Origin: Microcoleus sp.
GTDB lineage: Bacteria > Cyanobacteriota > Cyanobacteriia > Cyanobacteriales > Microcoleaceae
DNA: 64,000 nucleotides
Reading direction: 5' to 3'
Assembly: GCA_052279835.1 (NCBI GenBank)
Contig: CP181291.1
Coordinates: 1,696,001-1,760,000 of the forward strand
Below, piece by piece: positions 32,303-42,878 of this stretch; position 1 is the stretch's first letter; each line of letters begins with the position of its first letter. Made by a program: the position numbers and the translations under genes. The notes under the pieces are model-generated. The model worked only from the letters and a program-made list of their open reading frames with translations. It was not told the DNA's origin and ran no database searches.

Positions 32303-32719
32303 ATGAAAGAAGACACCATGGAAATAATAGGTTTTCACGCACTTATTTAGTTCAACACTGATAGTCGTGATGTGGCGGCGCGTCTACGTGAAGGATTAAC
32401 TCGGTTTGAGGTGCAGCTTGGGCGGTGCCATGACAAACCCATTGGTCCCCACCCCCAAGCAATGTATCAATTTGCTTTTTTACCGGCACAGTTTGGCCAA
32501 GTCGTTCCTTGGTTAATGATCCATCGCGAAGGGCTAAATATTCTTGTCCATCCCGAAACAGGCGACGATGTGGCCGATCGCACCACACATTCTTTGTGGT
32601 TGGGAGAAAAACTAGAGTTGAATGTCGAATTCCTGCGACAAGCGGAGCCTGGTTCCGCAATCAGGGACAATGCCGATATCAGCGACATCGAATTCCTACA
32701 GATGGACTCTTGTGAGTAA
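32303..32719 (+). pseudogene. DOPA 4,5-dioxygenase family pseudogene
   Basis: MKEDTMEIIGFHALI*FN... has an in-frame TAG at 32348-32350; downstream PIGPHP, ILVHPETGD and LWLGE motifs. Confidence 0.8.
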
Positions 32720-33660
32720 ATATAATCATAGGCAGCTCGATCTTGAAGCATATTAGCCCGCAAAAATAGGGCGCTCCAAGTGGCGATCGTTTCAATCCCA
32801 ACGGCTCGATCTAGTGTAGGAGTATGGGGATCGGGATTCGCACCGGCGGGGTTATTAACATTGGTAATGGCGAAGTGATTTGCACCCCTAACAGTAACCA
32901 AAGCTTTGGGGGGTGTTTCAATCCGATCGAAGGTGCCTCGAGCTCTTTCTGGAAGGGCCACCCCATCGATATCGCCTTGAATCAAGGCGACGGCAATGCC
33001 ATCATTAGGAATGGCGATAAATTCATTAGTAATTGGATTCCGCAAGTTGGCTCCAAAAAATGCACCTGCTAAGAGTTCTTTGGGGCGGGTAAATGGCTCT
33101 CGACACAAAAGTAATTCTGTTAAACATTTGTCAGCGATGGTGGATAAGCCCACCGCGCCACCAAAAGAATGACCCAATAAACCCAGGCGCTGTGTATCGA
33201 CAACAGACGTAATTGGAGAGGTGGGATTGGTGTTTTCGATCGCCATTTGAGACAAAACGGCGGCAATTTGGGAAGTTTCTGATGCTAATTTAGGGGGTGA
33301 AGTGGGATTGAAGGGGGAAGGGCGAAAATGGTTGGGAACGACTACCACAAAGCCATACCGTGCGACGTGGCTAGCGTAATCTGAGTAAAACGATTTATCG
33401 ATCAGGGCTCCTTGCAATAAAAGTACGATGGGGAAAGAGTAATTGCGGGATTGCAAATCTGATGCTTTGGGATAGTAAATATCTGCTAAATCGTTATTAG
33501 CAGATATCGTGGTGGTGTAGCGCGAGGCTTCGTTAAATTGGGGCGAATATTCGAGGTTGGTGGCTGAGGTTTTGTCACCAATGGCATCAGCAAGTGCAGT
33601 AATTGCAGAGATGGTGGCTCTGGGTTTTACTGATAAAAAACGAGAGTTGATATTCAGCAT
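32467..33660 (-). CDS. Alpha/beta hydrolase (chlorophyllase-like) with aberrant C-terminal read-through
   Basis: GHSFGG nucleophile elbow and GANHF; last 80 or so codons are antisense to the DOPA dioxygenase remnant. Confidence 0.8.
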   Translation of the reverse strand: MLNINSRFLSVKPRATISAITALADAIGDKTSATNLEYSPQFNEASRYTTTISANNDLADIYYPKASDLQSRNYSFPIVLLLQGALIDKSFYSDYASHVARYGFVVVVPNHFRPSPFNPTSPPKLASETSQIAAVLSQMAIENTNPTSPITSVVDTQRLGLLGHSFGGAVGLSTIADKCLTELLLCREPFTRPKELLAGAFFGANLRNPITNEFIAIPNDGIAVALIQGDIDGVALPERARGTFDRIETPPKALVTVRGANHFAITNVNNPAGANPDPHTPTLDRAVGIETIATWSALFLRANMLQDRAAYDYIYSQESICRNSMSLISALSLIAEPGSACRRNSTFNSSFSPNHKECVVRSATSSPVSGWTRIFSPSRWIINQGTTWPNCAGKKAN

Positions 33661-33731
33661 TAATTTTGGTTTGAGAGGGTCTAAATAGGCGATCGGGTAA
33701 AGCTCTATTCCGTACCACTAATGCTTCCACT

Positions 33732-34691
33732 TCAGCGAGATTTACGCCGCTCTATCTCCCGCTGCAACTCCTCAATCTGACGCCGCAGAGCCTCGGCTTC
33801 ACTGTTAGGTGTTTGAGATTTCACGTCAACAGCACCCTCAGATACCGCCCGCTTGTAGTTCCCCAACTTGATTTGGCGATATTCCTCGGAACTTGCCCAA
33901 TCTCGCAAATAGCGCAGACGTTCCACCGGAAACGGGTGACTGAGCATGGTGCCAGAGCCGCCGTTGTAGAGTAAAAATTTATACACTTGGTTGAGGTTGT
34001 CGCGATCGAGTTCTTGATAATTATCAGACTGACGGATAAATTCTTGCAAACTACATTCGCTAGCATATTTGCTACTAACTCCCGCCAGTTTCATCATTGT
34101 TTTCATCACACTATTCAAATCATCTGTGACTAACAATGCAGCCCTATCTGCCGATAATTCCGCTTTGCGCCGCCACTCATAAAAAGCATAAATCAAACCG
34201 CTACTGACCATATTTCCCAAGCCGAAAGTCATCTCCCCAATCGTCGAAGCAACGCTCATTGCCCACATCGCCATTTGATTTAAAGTGGGATGACCGCATT
34301 TAATGTGTCCCAACTCATGAGCCAATACCACCTTAATTTCTGCCTCATCTAATAAATCCAAAAGACCAGTATTTAATACTACATAGGGCTGGTTTTTTCC
34401 CAGGGCATAGCTATTGACTGAGGGATTTTGAGAAACAAACAAACCCGGTTCTGGAAAAACATCTAAATCCTGCAAACATTCCCGAAAAATGTGATAGATG
34501 CTGGCATATTGGCGCGGCCCGACTTGAATGCTATTTCCCATCAGGTAAACAAATTGGGGTCGTTCGTAGACAAACTCTACAAATTTGTTAGCAATTAAGT
34601 CAAATCCAGGTACGCTGCGCAATGCTGCTTCGGCTTGGCGATCGAGGGGGTGCTGAAAAGCTTCGCTAGAAATTCCAGTATAAGTAGGCAT
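33732..34691 (-). CDS. M48-family metallopeptidase
   Basis: HELGH, AELSADRA and SHPF motifs. Confidence 0.92.
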   Translation of the reverse strand: MPTYTGISSEAFQHPLDRQAEAALRSVPGFDLIANKFVEFVYERPQFVYLMGNSIQVGPRQYASIYHIFRECLQDLDVFPEPGLFVSQNPSVNSYALGKNQPYVVLNTGLLDLLDEAEIKVVLAHELGHIKCGHPTLNQMAMWAMSVASTIGEMTFGLGNMVSSGLIYAFYEWRRKAELSADRAALLVTDDLNSVMKTMMKLAGVSSKYASECSLQEFIRQSDNYQELDRDNLNQVYKFLLYNGGSGTMLSHPFPVERLRYLRDWASSEEYRQIKLGNYKRAVSEGAVDVKSQTPNSEAEALRRQIEELQREIERRKSR

Positions 34692-34909
34692 AGTTGTTGC
34701 AAAAGTTACATTTAAGATATCAGTGTTGCCGATCGCACCAGTTGCTAGCAGGCATCTGACTTATTAATCTTATCGCGACAAATGGGGAACTATTCTAGAA
34801 CAGGCCGGAGAGGCCTGTTCAAATTAACGTTAAAATATGATTCTCATACAAGTGCGATCGACAAACATCTTTCGATGTGTCTGTTAATCAAAAATTAAAA
34901 CCTAAAAAA

Positions 34910-35461
34910 ATGGCTATCCTGCGACTCGAAGACGGTACAACCTACACTCAACTGAGCGATATTACCCGCGAACTCGCTCCCTTGAACATTCAACTCAACA
35001 GTTGGCCCGTGGGAGACAACCCAGAAATTCGGGAATTGTTAGCCAAAGATGCTCTAGACGACAATCAAAAAGAACAAGTGCTGCAAGCTTTAGACGGCTA
35101 CTTTGAACAACTGAAAGAAACCGCAGGCTATCAGTCGCGAGACTTGATTGTACTGCACCCAGAGATTCCCAACCTCGACACTCTGCTCTCTAAATTCGAC
35201 AAGTGCCACATTCACGCTGATGATGAAGTGCGCTATATCGTAGCAGGAGAGGGAATTTTCGGTTTTGTGCGTCCCGACGGTAGCCAAGTGGAAGTGACTG
35301 TGCAGCCTGAAGAATTTATCAACGTGCCGGCGAATACAGAACATTGGTTTTATTTGACAGCAGCCCGGAAGGTGAAAGCTGTGCGATATTTTACCACTAC
35401 GACTGGTTGGACACCGGAATATACGGATACGGAAATTCGATCGCGCTTAGCTACTGTTTGA
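34910..35461 (+). CDS. mtnD: Acireductone dioxygenase (cupin)
   Basis: HIHADDEVRY and VPANTEHWF motifs. Confidence 0.85.
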   Translation: MAILRLEDGTTYTQLSDITRELAPLNIQLNSWPVGDNPEIRELLAKDALDDNQKEQVLQALDGYFEQLKETAGYQSRDLIVLHPEIPNLDTLLSKFDKCHIHADDEVRYIVAGEGIFGFVRPDGSQVEVTVQPEEFINVPANTEHWFYLTAARKVKAVRYFTTTTGWTPEYTDTEIRSRLATV

Positions 35462-35484
35462 ACAGAATTGAGAGTTGACAATTG

Positions 35485-35751
35485 ATATCCTTTTCGGTTG
35501 CATTGTCAGGTGATTGAACCACAGAGAACGCAGAGAACACAGAGGGAGATAAGAGAGATGAATACAGGACGATGAAGAAAGGATGTCAAAAAAATAAAAA
35601 TTGCTAGATTTTTCGTTGCTTTTGGACTTGAAAAAGCCGAGTTATATAAAATCCTGTCTTCATCGTCCTGTATTAAACTCTCTCTTCTCCTCCTTAGCGT
35701 ACTTCGCGCCTTCGCGGTTAAATCACCTGACGATACAACCAGAATTGATAT
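35485..35751. mobile_element. MITE-like foldback element
   Basis: Outer inverted repeat GGTTGCATTGTCAGGTGATTGAACC / GGTTAAATCACCTGACGATACAACC; inner inverted repeat AATACAGGACGATGAAGA / TCTTCATCGTCCTGTATT. Confidence 0.65.
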
Positions 35752-35776
35752 TATCTAAAAATTCTCAAATCCCACC

Positions 35777-37393
35777 TCAAACTTGGTGATTTCCCCGCAA
35801 AATACTCAAAGCAACCGCCTCAGCAACCTTAATTCCATCAATCCCCGCAGACAAAATTCCACCTGCATATCCCGCACCTTCCCCAGCCGGATAAAGGCCT
35901 TCAGTATTCAAACTCTGATAATCTTCCTTGCGTTTAATCCGAATCGGCGAAGAAGTGCGGGTTTCTACTCCAGTCAAGACGGCATCATCCATCGCAAATC
36001 CTTTAATTTGTTTGTCAAAAGCTGGAAGTGCTTCGCGGATAGCGGCGATCGCATAATCTGGTAAACTTCCACTCAAATCAGTCAAATGAACTCCAGGCGT
36101 ATAAGAAGGGTGAACAGCGCCTAACACTGTCGAAGGTCGATTCGCCAAAAAATCCCCCACAAGCTGTCCTGGGGCATTGTAAGTGCCACCTCCTAACTCA
36201 AATGCCCGCTCTTCTAGGCGACGTTGAAACTCAATTCCCGCCAAAGGATGACCGGGATAATCAGACGGTGTAATCCCCACTACAATCCCACTATTGGCAT
36301 TACGTTCATTGCGGGAATATTGACTCATCCCATTAGTGACAAGTCGCCCTGGTTCAGAGGCTGCGGCCACCACCAATCCACCGGGACACATACAGAAGCT
36401 ATAGACTGAACGACCATTTTGGCAATGGTGAACCAGTTTGTAGTCGGCGGCACCCAAAAGTTTATGGCCGGCGCGATCGCCAAAACGACAGCGATCGATA
36501 ATAGTTTGGGGATGTTCCACCCGAAAACCAATGGAAAATGGTTTTGCTTCGATGTAAACCCCACGGGAAAACAACATTTCAAAAGTATCGCGGGCGCTAT
36601 GTCCCACCGCCAGAACTATATAATTACTAGCAATATATTCTCCATTTGCAAGGGTAAGTCCCTGGACTTTGCCATTTTCGATGTGAATATCTGTCACACG
36701 AGTTTGAAACCGAATTTCACCGCCTAAAGATTCTATTTTGGCACGGATACTTTGGACAATTCCCACCAGTTTAAAAGTACCGATATGGGGTTTATTGATG
36801 TATAAAATTTCTGGTGAAGCTCCCGCATTCACAAGTTCTGTCAACACCTTGCGTCCATAATGTTGGGGATCTTTAACTTGGCTGTAGAGTTTGCCATCGG
36901 AAAAAGTACCCGCGCCTCCTTCCCCAAACTGGGCGTTAGATTCTGGGTTGAATTCGGTTTTTTTCTTCCAAAATCCAAAGGTATCAACGGTGCGATCGCG
37001 CACTGCTTTACCACGTTCTAACAGGATAGGGCGAAACCCCATTTGTGCTAGCATCAGCCCTGCAAACATCCCGCAAGGCCCTGTACCAATCACAATGGGG
37101 CGAATCGTCAAATTTTTGGGAGCTTGGGCTACATAGCGATAACTCATGTCTGGCGTTACCATCACATGAGGGTCTTTTTTGAGGCGCTCCAAAATTTGTG
37201 TTTCCTGTGTCGTTTCCACATCGACAATATAGACAAGCAGGATTTCTGGTTTTTTACGAGCATCGTAGCTGCGTTTGAAGATGGAATAGCCGAGCAATTC
37301 TTCGGGGGGAATTTGCAGCTTTTTGAGAATGCTGTCGGCGATCGCATCTACGGGATGATCGAGGGGGAGTTTTATTTCAGTTATTCTTAACAT
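35777..37393 (-). CDS. FAD/NAD(P)-dependent oxidoreductase (uncharacterised dehydrogenase family)
   Basis: IGTGPCG, FGEGGAGTFSDGKL, SFCMCPGG and GEGAGYAGGI motifs. Confidence 0.9.
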   Translation of the reverse strand: MLRITEIKLPLDHPVDAIADSILKKLQIPPEELLGYSIFKRSYDARKKPEILLVYIVDVETTQETQILERLKKDPHVMVTPDMSYRYVAQAPKNLTIRPIVIGTGPCGMFAGLMLAQMGFRPILLERGKAVRDRTVDTFGFWKKKTEFNPESNAQFGEGGAGTFSDGKLYSQVKDPQHYGRKVLTELVNAGASPEILYINKPHIGTFKLVGIVQSIRAKIESLGGEIRFQTRVTDIHIENGKVQGLTLANGEYIASNYIVLAVGHSARDTFEMLFSRGVYIEAKPFSIGFRVEHPQTIIDRCRFGDRAGHKLLGAADYKLVHHCQNGRSVYSFCMCPGGLVVAAASEPGRLVTNGMSQYSRNERNANSGIVVGITPSDYPGHPLAGIEFQRRLEERAFELGGGTYNAPGQLVGDFLANRPSTVLGAVHPSYTPGVHLTDLSGSLPDYAIAAIREALPAFDKQIKGFAMDDAVLTGVETRTSSPIRIKRKEDYQSLNTEGLYPAGEGAGYAGGILSAGIDGIKVAEAVALSILRGNHQV

Positions 37394-37399
37394 ATAGCG

Positions 37400-37800
37400 G
37401 CAGGAAGAAGGAATAATTCACCCCCCCCTAGCCCCCCCCAAGGGGGGAAATTCAGGAAGAAGGAATCAGGAACAAGCAAACAGGAAGAAGGAATATTTCA
37501 CCCCCCTAGCCCCCCCAAGGGGGGAAATTCAGGAAGAAGGAACAAGCAAACAGGAAGAAGGAATATTTCACCCCCCCTAGCCCTCCCAAGGGGGGAAATT
37601 CAGGAAGAAGGAACAAGCAAACAGGAAGAAGGAATAATTCACCCCCCCCTAGCCCCCCCAAGGGGGGAAATTCAGGAAGAAGGAATCAGGAACAAGCAAA
37701 CAGGAAGAAGGAATATTTCACCCCCCCCCTGCCCTCCCAAGGGGGGAAATTCAGGAAGAAGGAATCAGGAACAAGCAAACAGGAAAAAGGAATAATTCAC
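37400..37800. repeat. Tandem array of about 5 units (about 70-80 nt) with C-run/G-run hairpins
   Basis: Unit CAGGAAGAAGGAATA(A/T)TTCAC(n)TAGC(n)AAG(n)AAATT... Confidence 0.85.
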
Positions 37801-37889
37801 CACCTCAAGGGATGGGATTAGCTACTTGGAGCTTCGGTGTGGTCATGACCAAATCTACCAGCTTAACCCAAATTTCGCATCTTTCTGCT

Positions 37890-38495
37890 TTACCAAGAGC
37901 AGCCTCGCGCATCAGAAAAATCAGCATTAAGCATGGCATAATCGTCAAATATAGCATCAGTTACATCCGCATTTCTAAACGAAGTCACCGACAACTTTTC
38001 TATCTCTTCAACAGCAATAAAAAAACCGATCGCAGTTAAGCCAAGGATCACTCCAGAAACCAAAACTAACACAATTCCCCTAATCGCATCCCCCCCAAAA
38101 AAAGTTACAATACCACTAGCGCCGATCGCAGCAGCAGCCCCAGCCACCGCCCCAGCCACAATACCAGCCTCAGCCCTAGTCGCAGCAATCGCAGTCGCCG
38201 CCACCGCCGCCACCGCCGCCGCCCCCGCATCCGCACCCCGAATCAATCCCATCAAAGCCCCCGCCAGCGTCACCGTCACCGCAGTCACCCCAGCCCTAGC
38301 AATCAAAGTTCTCACCCGTCTGCGGCTTTGTCCCATTCTGGCACCCTGAAAATTTGCCCCCCTCAACATCGCCCCAGTGAAATTGCAGCCTCGAATATCG
38401 GAACCACTGAAATTAGCCCCTGACAAATCCATGCCTTTAAAAGAGCGATTTCGTAAATTTTGGTGAGAAAAATTGAGATTTCCAGGTTCAATCAT
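37890..38495 (-). CDS. Pentapeptide-repeat membrane protein
   Basis: N- and C-terminal pentapeptide repeats flanking Ala/Gly-rich hydrophobic helices. Confidence 0.8.
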   Translation of the reverse strand: MIEPGNLNFSHQNLRNRSFKGMDLSGANFSGSDIRGCNFTGAMLRGANFQGARMGQSRRRVRTLIARAGVTAVTVTLAGALMGLIRGADAGAAAVAAVAATAIAATRAEAGIVAGAVAGAAAAIGASGIVTFFGGDAIRGIVLVLVSGVILGLTAIGFFIAVEEIEKLSVTSFRNADVTDAIFDDYAMLNADFSDARGCSW

Positions 38496-38601
38496 AGAAA
38501 TTATATATTTAATATTTTTGATTTTAGATGAGAAAATTGAGATTTGAGAATAACAAACCAAAGCCATTTAAAATAAATCCTGTGGTTTATATCGAAATTC
38601 C

Positions 38602-41238
38602 ATGTCTGTCATCTCCGAATCTCCATTTTCCCCCGAAGAAATAGCCTCCGAAGGCATTAAGCCCGAAGAATACGAAGACATTGTACGGCGTCTCAACCGC
38701 CACCCCAACAAAGCAGAATTGGGAATGTTCGGCGTCATGTGGAGCGAACACTGCTGTTACAAAAACTCGCGGCCGCTATTAAAACAGTTTCCCACAGAAG
38801 GCGATCGCATCCTCGTCGGGCCCGGAGAAAATGCCGGCGTTGTAGACTTGGGAAACGGATTGCAATTAGCATTTAAAATAGAATCCCACAATCACCCATC
38901 AGCAGTCGAACCATTCCAAGGTGCCGCAACGGGAGTCGGAGGAATTCTCCGCGACATCTTCACAATGGGTGCACGCCCCATCGCCCTTTTAAATTCCCTG
39001 CGTTTTGGCAACCTAGACGATAGCAAAACTCAGAGGTTATTCAAAGGCGTAGTATCGGGAATTTCCCATTACGGAAATTGCATCGGCGTACCCACAGTAG
39101 GTGGCGAAGTTTACTTCGATGCCGCCTATTCCGGCAACCCATTAGTTAACGTCATGGCCTTGGGTTTAATGGAAACCCAAGAAATAGTTAAATCCGGTGC
39201 ATCTGGAATCGGAAATCCCGTACTTTATGTCGGTTCGACTACCGGGCGAGATGGCATGGGCGGTGCCAGTTTTGCCAGTGCAGAATTGACCGACAAATCC
39301 ATGGACGATCGCCCCGCCGTGCAAGTAGGAGATCCGTTCTTAGAAAAATCCTTAATTGAAGCTTGTTTAGCAGCCTTCAAAACCGGTGCAGTCGTCGCCG
39401 CCCAAGACATGGGTGCAGCCGGCATCACTTGTTCCACATCAGAAATGGCCGCCAAAGGTGGAGTGGGAATTGAATTCGATCTAGACAAAGTTCCCGTTAG
39501 AGAAAGTGGCATGGTTCCCTACGAATACCTGCTTTCCGAATCCCAGGAACGGATGTTATTTGTGGCCGAAAAGGGACGGGAACAGGAATTAATCGATATT
39601 TTTCACCGCTGGGGATTGCACGCCGTCGTTGCGGGTACAGTCATTGAAGAGCCGATCGTCCGCATTCTATTTAAAGGCGAAATTGCAGCAGAAATAACGG
39701 CAACTGCGTTAGCAGATAATACGCCAATTTATCACCGAGAATTGTTGACACAACCGCCAGAATATGCTATGAAAGCTTGGGAATGGACGGCGGATTCCTT
39801 GCCAGAATGTACGCTGGCCGGCATTGAAATAGATGGAAATTTGCAAAATTGGAATCAGATTTTGCTCAAACTTTTAGATACTCCCACTATCGCTTCTAAA
39901 CGCTGGGTTTATCGTCAATACGACCATCAAGTGCAAAATAATACTGTTATTTTGCCCGGTGGTGCTGATGCTGCGGTTGTCAGATTGCGGCCGCTGGAAC
40001 CCTGTCAAGAAAAACCCCCCCAACCCCCCCTTAGTAAGGGGGGGCTTCAAGAGGAAGAACCTGCCCTTACTAAGGGGCAAGAAGAACCCCCCCAACCCGC
40101 CCTTAGTAAGGGGGGGCTTCAAGAGGAAGAACCTGCCCTTACTAAAACGACGCTTCAAGAGGAAGCAGAGGCTATTCCCTTATTTAAGAAGGCACAAGGT
40201 AGAGAAACTCCCGAACTTTCTCCCCCCCTTACCAAGGGGGGGCCGGGGGGGGTTATTCCCGGAGTGGCGGCCACCGTTGATTGCAATTCTCGCTATGTTT
40301 ATCTCGATCCTTACGAAGGTGCAAAAGCCGTGGTAGCCGAAGCTGCCCGAAACTTAAGTTGTGTGGGTGCGGAACCGATTGCAGTTACAGATAATCTGAA
40401 TTTTGGCAGTCCCGAAAAACCCATTGGATATTGGCAGTTAGCATCAGCTTGTCGCGGGATTGCAGATGCTTGTCGGGAGTTGAAAACACCTGTGACTGGT
40501 GGGAACGTTTCTCTTTACAATGAAACTATCGATTCTGATGGCAATCCTCAACCCATTTATCCAACTCCGGTAATTGGAATGGTGGGATTGATTGCTGATT
40601 TGACGAAGATTTGCGGTCAAGGTTGGCAAAATAAAGACGATTTAATTTATGTGTTGGGGATTGGAAAATCCGACGATGCTATTACCATGAATTCCACTGA
40701 AAATTCGTCATCTGAAAATTCAGAAATTGCCACTTCTCCTACTTTGGGAGGGTCGGAATATTTGGCAGCCATTCACGGAATTATTGCCGGAAAACCGCCA
40801 AAAATTAATTTTGAGTTAGAAAGGAAAGTGCAAGCAGTTTGTCGCGATGGAATTCGGCAAGGTTGGGTATGTTCTGCCCATGATTGTGCGGAGGGTGGAA
40901 TTGCGATCGCCCTCGCAGAATCCTGTATCTCTGGTAAACTGGGTGCAGAGGTTCATCTAGGTGGGAATTCGGCAAGTGTTAGCCGTTGGGATGAGGTTTT
41001 GTTTGGTGAAATGGGCAATTGCATTGTTGTTTCTGTCGCCCCCAAAAATCAAGGTATTTGGGAAGCTTATCTGGAAGAATATTTGCCGAAAATGTGGCAA
41101 AAAATCGGTGTGGTTGGGGGTGCTAACTCGCCTTTGCGGGTGGTGAGTGCGGATAATCTAGGGTTGATTGAGGTGGGGATGGGTGATATGGGCGATCGAT
41201 TCTATAATGCGATCGAGCGTCGAATTGGCTCTGTTTGA
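38602..41238 (+). CDS. purL: Phosphoribosylformylglycinamidine synthase subunit PurL with in-frame repeat insertion
   Basis: [27 protein letters not shown] and GGNVSLYN motifs. Confidence 0.96.
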   Translation: MSVISESPFSPEEIASEGIKPEEYEDIVRRLNRHPNKAELGMFGVMWSEHCCYKNSRPLLKQFPTEGDRILVGPGENAGVVDLGNGLQLAFKIESHNHPSAVEPFQGAATGVGGILRDIFTMGARPIALLNSLRFGNLDDSKTQRLFKGVVSGISHYGNCIGVPTVGGEVYFDAAYSGNPLVNVMALGLMETQEIVKSGASGIGNPVLYVGSTTGRDGMGGASFASAELTDKSMDDRPAVQVGDPFLEKSLIEACLAAFKTGAVVAAQDMGAAGITCSTSEMAAKGGVGIEFDLDKVPVRESGMVPYEYLLSESQERMLFVAEKGREQELIDIFHRWGLHAVVAGTVIEEPIVRILFKGEIAAEITATALADNTPIYHRELLTQPPEYAMKAWEWTADSLPECTLAGIEIDGNLQNWNQILLKLLDTPTIASKRWVYRQYDHQVQNNTVILPGGADAAVVRLRPLEPCQEKPPQPPLSKGGLQEEEPALTKGQEEPPQPALSKGGLQEEEPALTKTTLQEEAEAIPLFKKAQGRETPELSPPLTKGGPGGVIPGVAATVDCNSRYVYLDPYEGAKAVVAEAARNLSCVGAEPIAVTDNLNFGSPEKPIGYWQLASACRGIADACRELKTPVTGGNVSLYNETIDSDGNPQPIYPTPVIGMVGLIADLTKICGQGWQNKDDLIYVLGIGKSDDAITMNSTENSSSENSEIATSPTLGGSEYLAAIHGIIAGKPPKINFELERKVQAVCRDGIRQGWVCSAHDCAEGGIAIALAESCISGKLGAEVHLGGNSASVSRWDEVLFGEMGNCIVVSVAPKNQGIWEAYLEEYLPKMWQKIGVVGGANSPLRVVSADNLGLIEVGMGDMGDRFYNAIERRIGSV

Positions 41239-41340
41239 TAACGTGAAGTTTCGATCCCCCTAAATCCCCCTTAAAAAGGGGGACTTTGAAACCGCGTTTA
41301 CACGAAACTTTACCCGCCAGAATTCTCATTTTTTAGACCC

Positions 41341-41450
41341 GGCGGTTGAAACCGCGTCTACACAGACGAAACCCACTCCAAGCGGGTTGAATTTCTTCAG
41401 TCTCGCGTTGCGTGGACTTTGTTTGTAGAGTAGCGGTTTCAACCCCCGAC
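41341..41450. repeat. Palindromic dispersed repeat (REP/MITE-like)
   Basis: GTTGAAACCGC...TCTACA / TGTAGA...GCGGTTTCAAC inverted arms. Confidence 0.6.
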
Positions 41451-41598
41451 TGACTTGGCGGTTACTATACCTGAGAATGAAACCGCCCTGTCCCCATGCC
41501 CCGTCAGGACCAACAGATGAATTTTTTGTCAAAAAGGGCGATCGCGCAATGGTAAGCTACCAAAGGCATTAAAATACCTAAATCCGAGAAAAATTAAG

Positions 41599-42663
41599 AT
41601 GTCAGCATTAAATGAAGTTCCCTTGCTGTTGCGGGCAGCCCGTGGTGAAACCCTAGAACGCCCTCCCGTCTGGATGATGCGCCAAGCCGGCCGCTACATG
41701 AAAGCCTATCGAGATTTGCGAGAAAAGTACCCATCCTTTCGCGAACGTTCCGAAATTCCCGAAGTTGCCATCGAAGTTTCTCTCCAGCCGTGGCGCGCAT
41801 TTCAACCCGACGGCGTAATTCTGTTCTCCGACATTGTGACACCTATGCCCGGTTTGGGCATCGATATGGATATCGCCGAAGGTAAAGGCCCGATTATCCA
41901 CTCACCAATCCGCACTCAGCAGCAAATCGACGCACTGCAACCCCTCAATCCAGAAGAAAGCTTGCCTTTCATCAAAACTATCCTCAAATCCCTGCGCGCA
42001 GAAGTCGGCAACAAATCCACCGTACTCGGCTTTGTCGGCGCGCCCTGGACTCTGGCCGCCTACGCCGTTGAGGGCAAAGGTTCCAAGGATTATGCGATTA
42101 TCAAAAACATGGCATTTTCCGATCCAACTTTACTACATCAGTTGCTGTCAAAGTTTGCAGATGCGATCGCCGTTTACGTGCGCTATCAAATCGACTGTGG
42201 AGCCCAAGTAGTGCAGATGTTCGACTCCTGGGCTGGCCAACTTTCCCCCCAAGACTACGATACTTTTGCTCTACCTTACCAAAAACAAGTATTCCAACAA
42301 GTCAAAAAAACCCATCCCGACACGCCACTCATTCTGTTAGTCACTGGAAGTGCAGGCATTCTCGAACGTATGGCAACATCCGGTGCCGATATTGTTAGCG
42401 TCGATTGGACTGTGGATATGGCCGATGCGCGCCGACGTTTGGGCCCCAACATGAACGTTCAGGGCAATTTAGATCCCGGTGTCTTGTTTGGCTCTCAACC
42501 GTTTATTCGCGATCGTATTCTTGATACCATTCGTAAAGCAGGCCCGCGCGGGCACATCCTGAATTTGGGACACGGCGTATTGCCAGGAACACCGGAAGAC
42601 AACGTGCGTTTCTTCTTTGAAACCGCCAAACAAGCCGACAAATTGCTTGCAGTTACTGCTTGA
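41599..42663 (+). CDS. hemE: Uroporphyrinogen decarboxylase
   Basis: [25 protein letters not shown] and NLGHGV motifs. Confidence 0.97.
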   Translation: MSALNEVPLLLRAARGETLERPPVWMMRQAGRYMKAYRDLREKYPSFRERSEIPEVAIEVSLQPWRAFQPDGVILFSDIVTPMPGLGIDMDIAEGKGPIIHSPIRTQQQIDALQPLNPEESLPFIKTILKSLRAEVGNKSTVLGFVGAPWTLAAYAVEGKGSKDYAIIKNMAFSDPTLLHQLLSKFADAIAVYVRYQIDCGAQVVQMFDSWAGQLSPQDYDTFALPYQKQVFQQVKKTHPDTPLILLVTGSAGILERMATSGADIVSVDWTVDMADARRRLGPNMNVQGNLDPGVLFGSQPFIRDRILDTIRKAGPRGHILNLGHGVLPGTPEDNVRFFFETAKQADKLLAVTA

Positions 42664-42707
42664 ACTTGACAGGAATTAAAACCCAAAAAACCCTTGATTT
42701 ACCATAC

Positions 42708-42820
42708 TGGTTCCCCGGCTCGGCCTGGGAACCGATGTCCAGAGGCTCTGCCTCATTTGCTAGCAGAAAAATTGGAGGCAGAGCCTCCGGATCTGCGTTA
42801 CCAGGCTAGAGCCTGGTAAT
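42708..42820. repeat. Palindromic dispersed repeat with multiple hairpins
   Basis: GGTTCCC..GGGAACC, GAGGCTCTGCCTC/GAGGCAGAGCCTC and TTACCAGGCT/AGCCTGGTAA; related to 14493-14540. Confidence 0.7.
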
Positions 42821-42878
42821 TAGGAATAAATGCAAAACCCAATTCTCCCCCTTGCCCTCTCCCTTTCCCCTTCTGCAA

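Noticed and set aside
37400..37800. Possible second CRISPR array (also 60370-60680)
   Set aside because: Inter-hairpin segments are near-identical rather than unique spacers
40000..40260. Intein in PurL
   Set aside because: No C-terminal His-Asn or other splicing blocks; the sequence is repeat-derived
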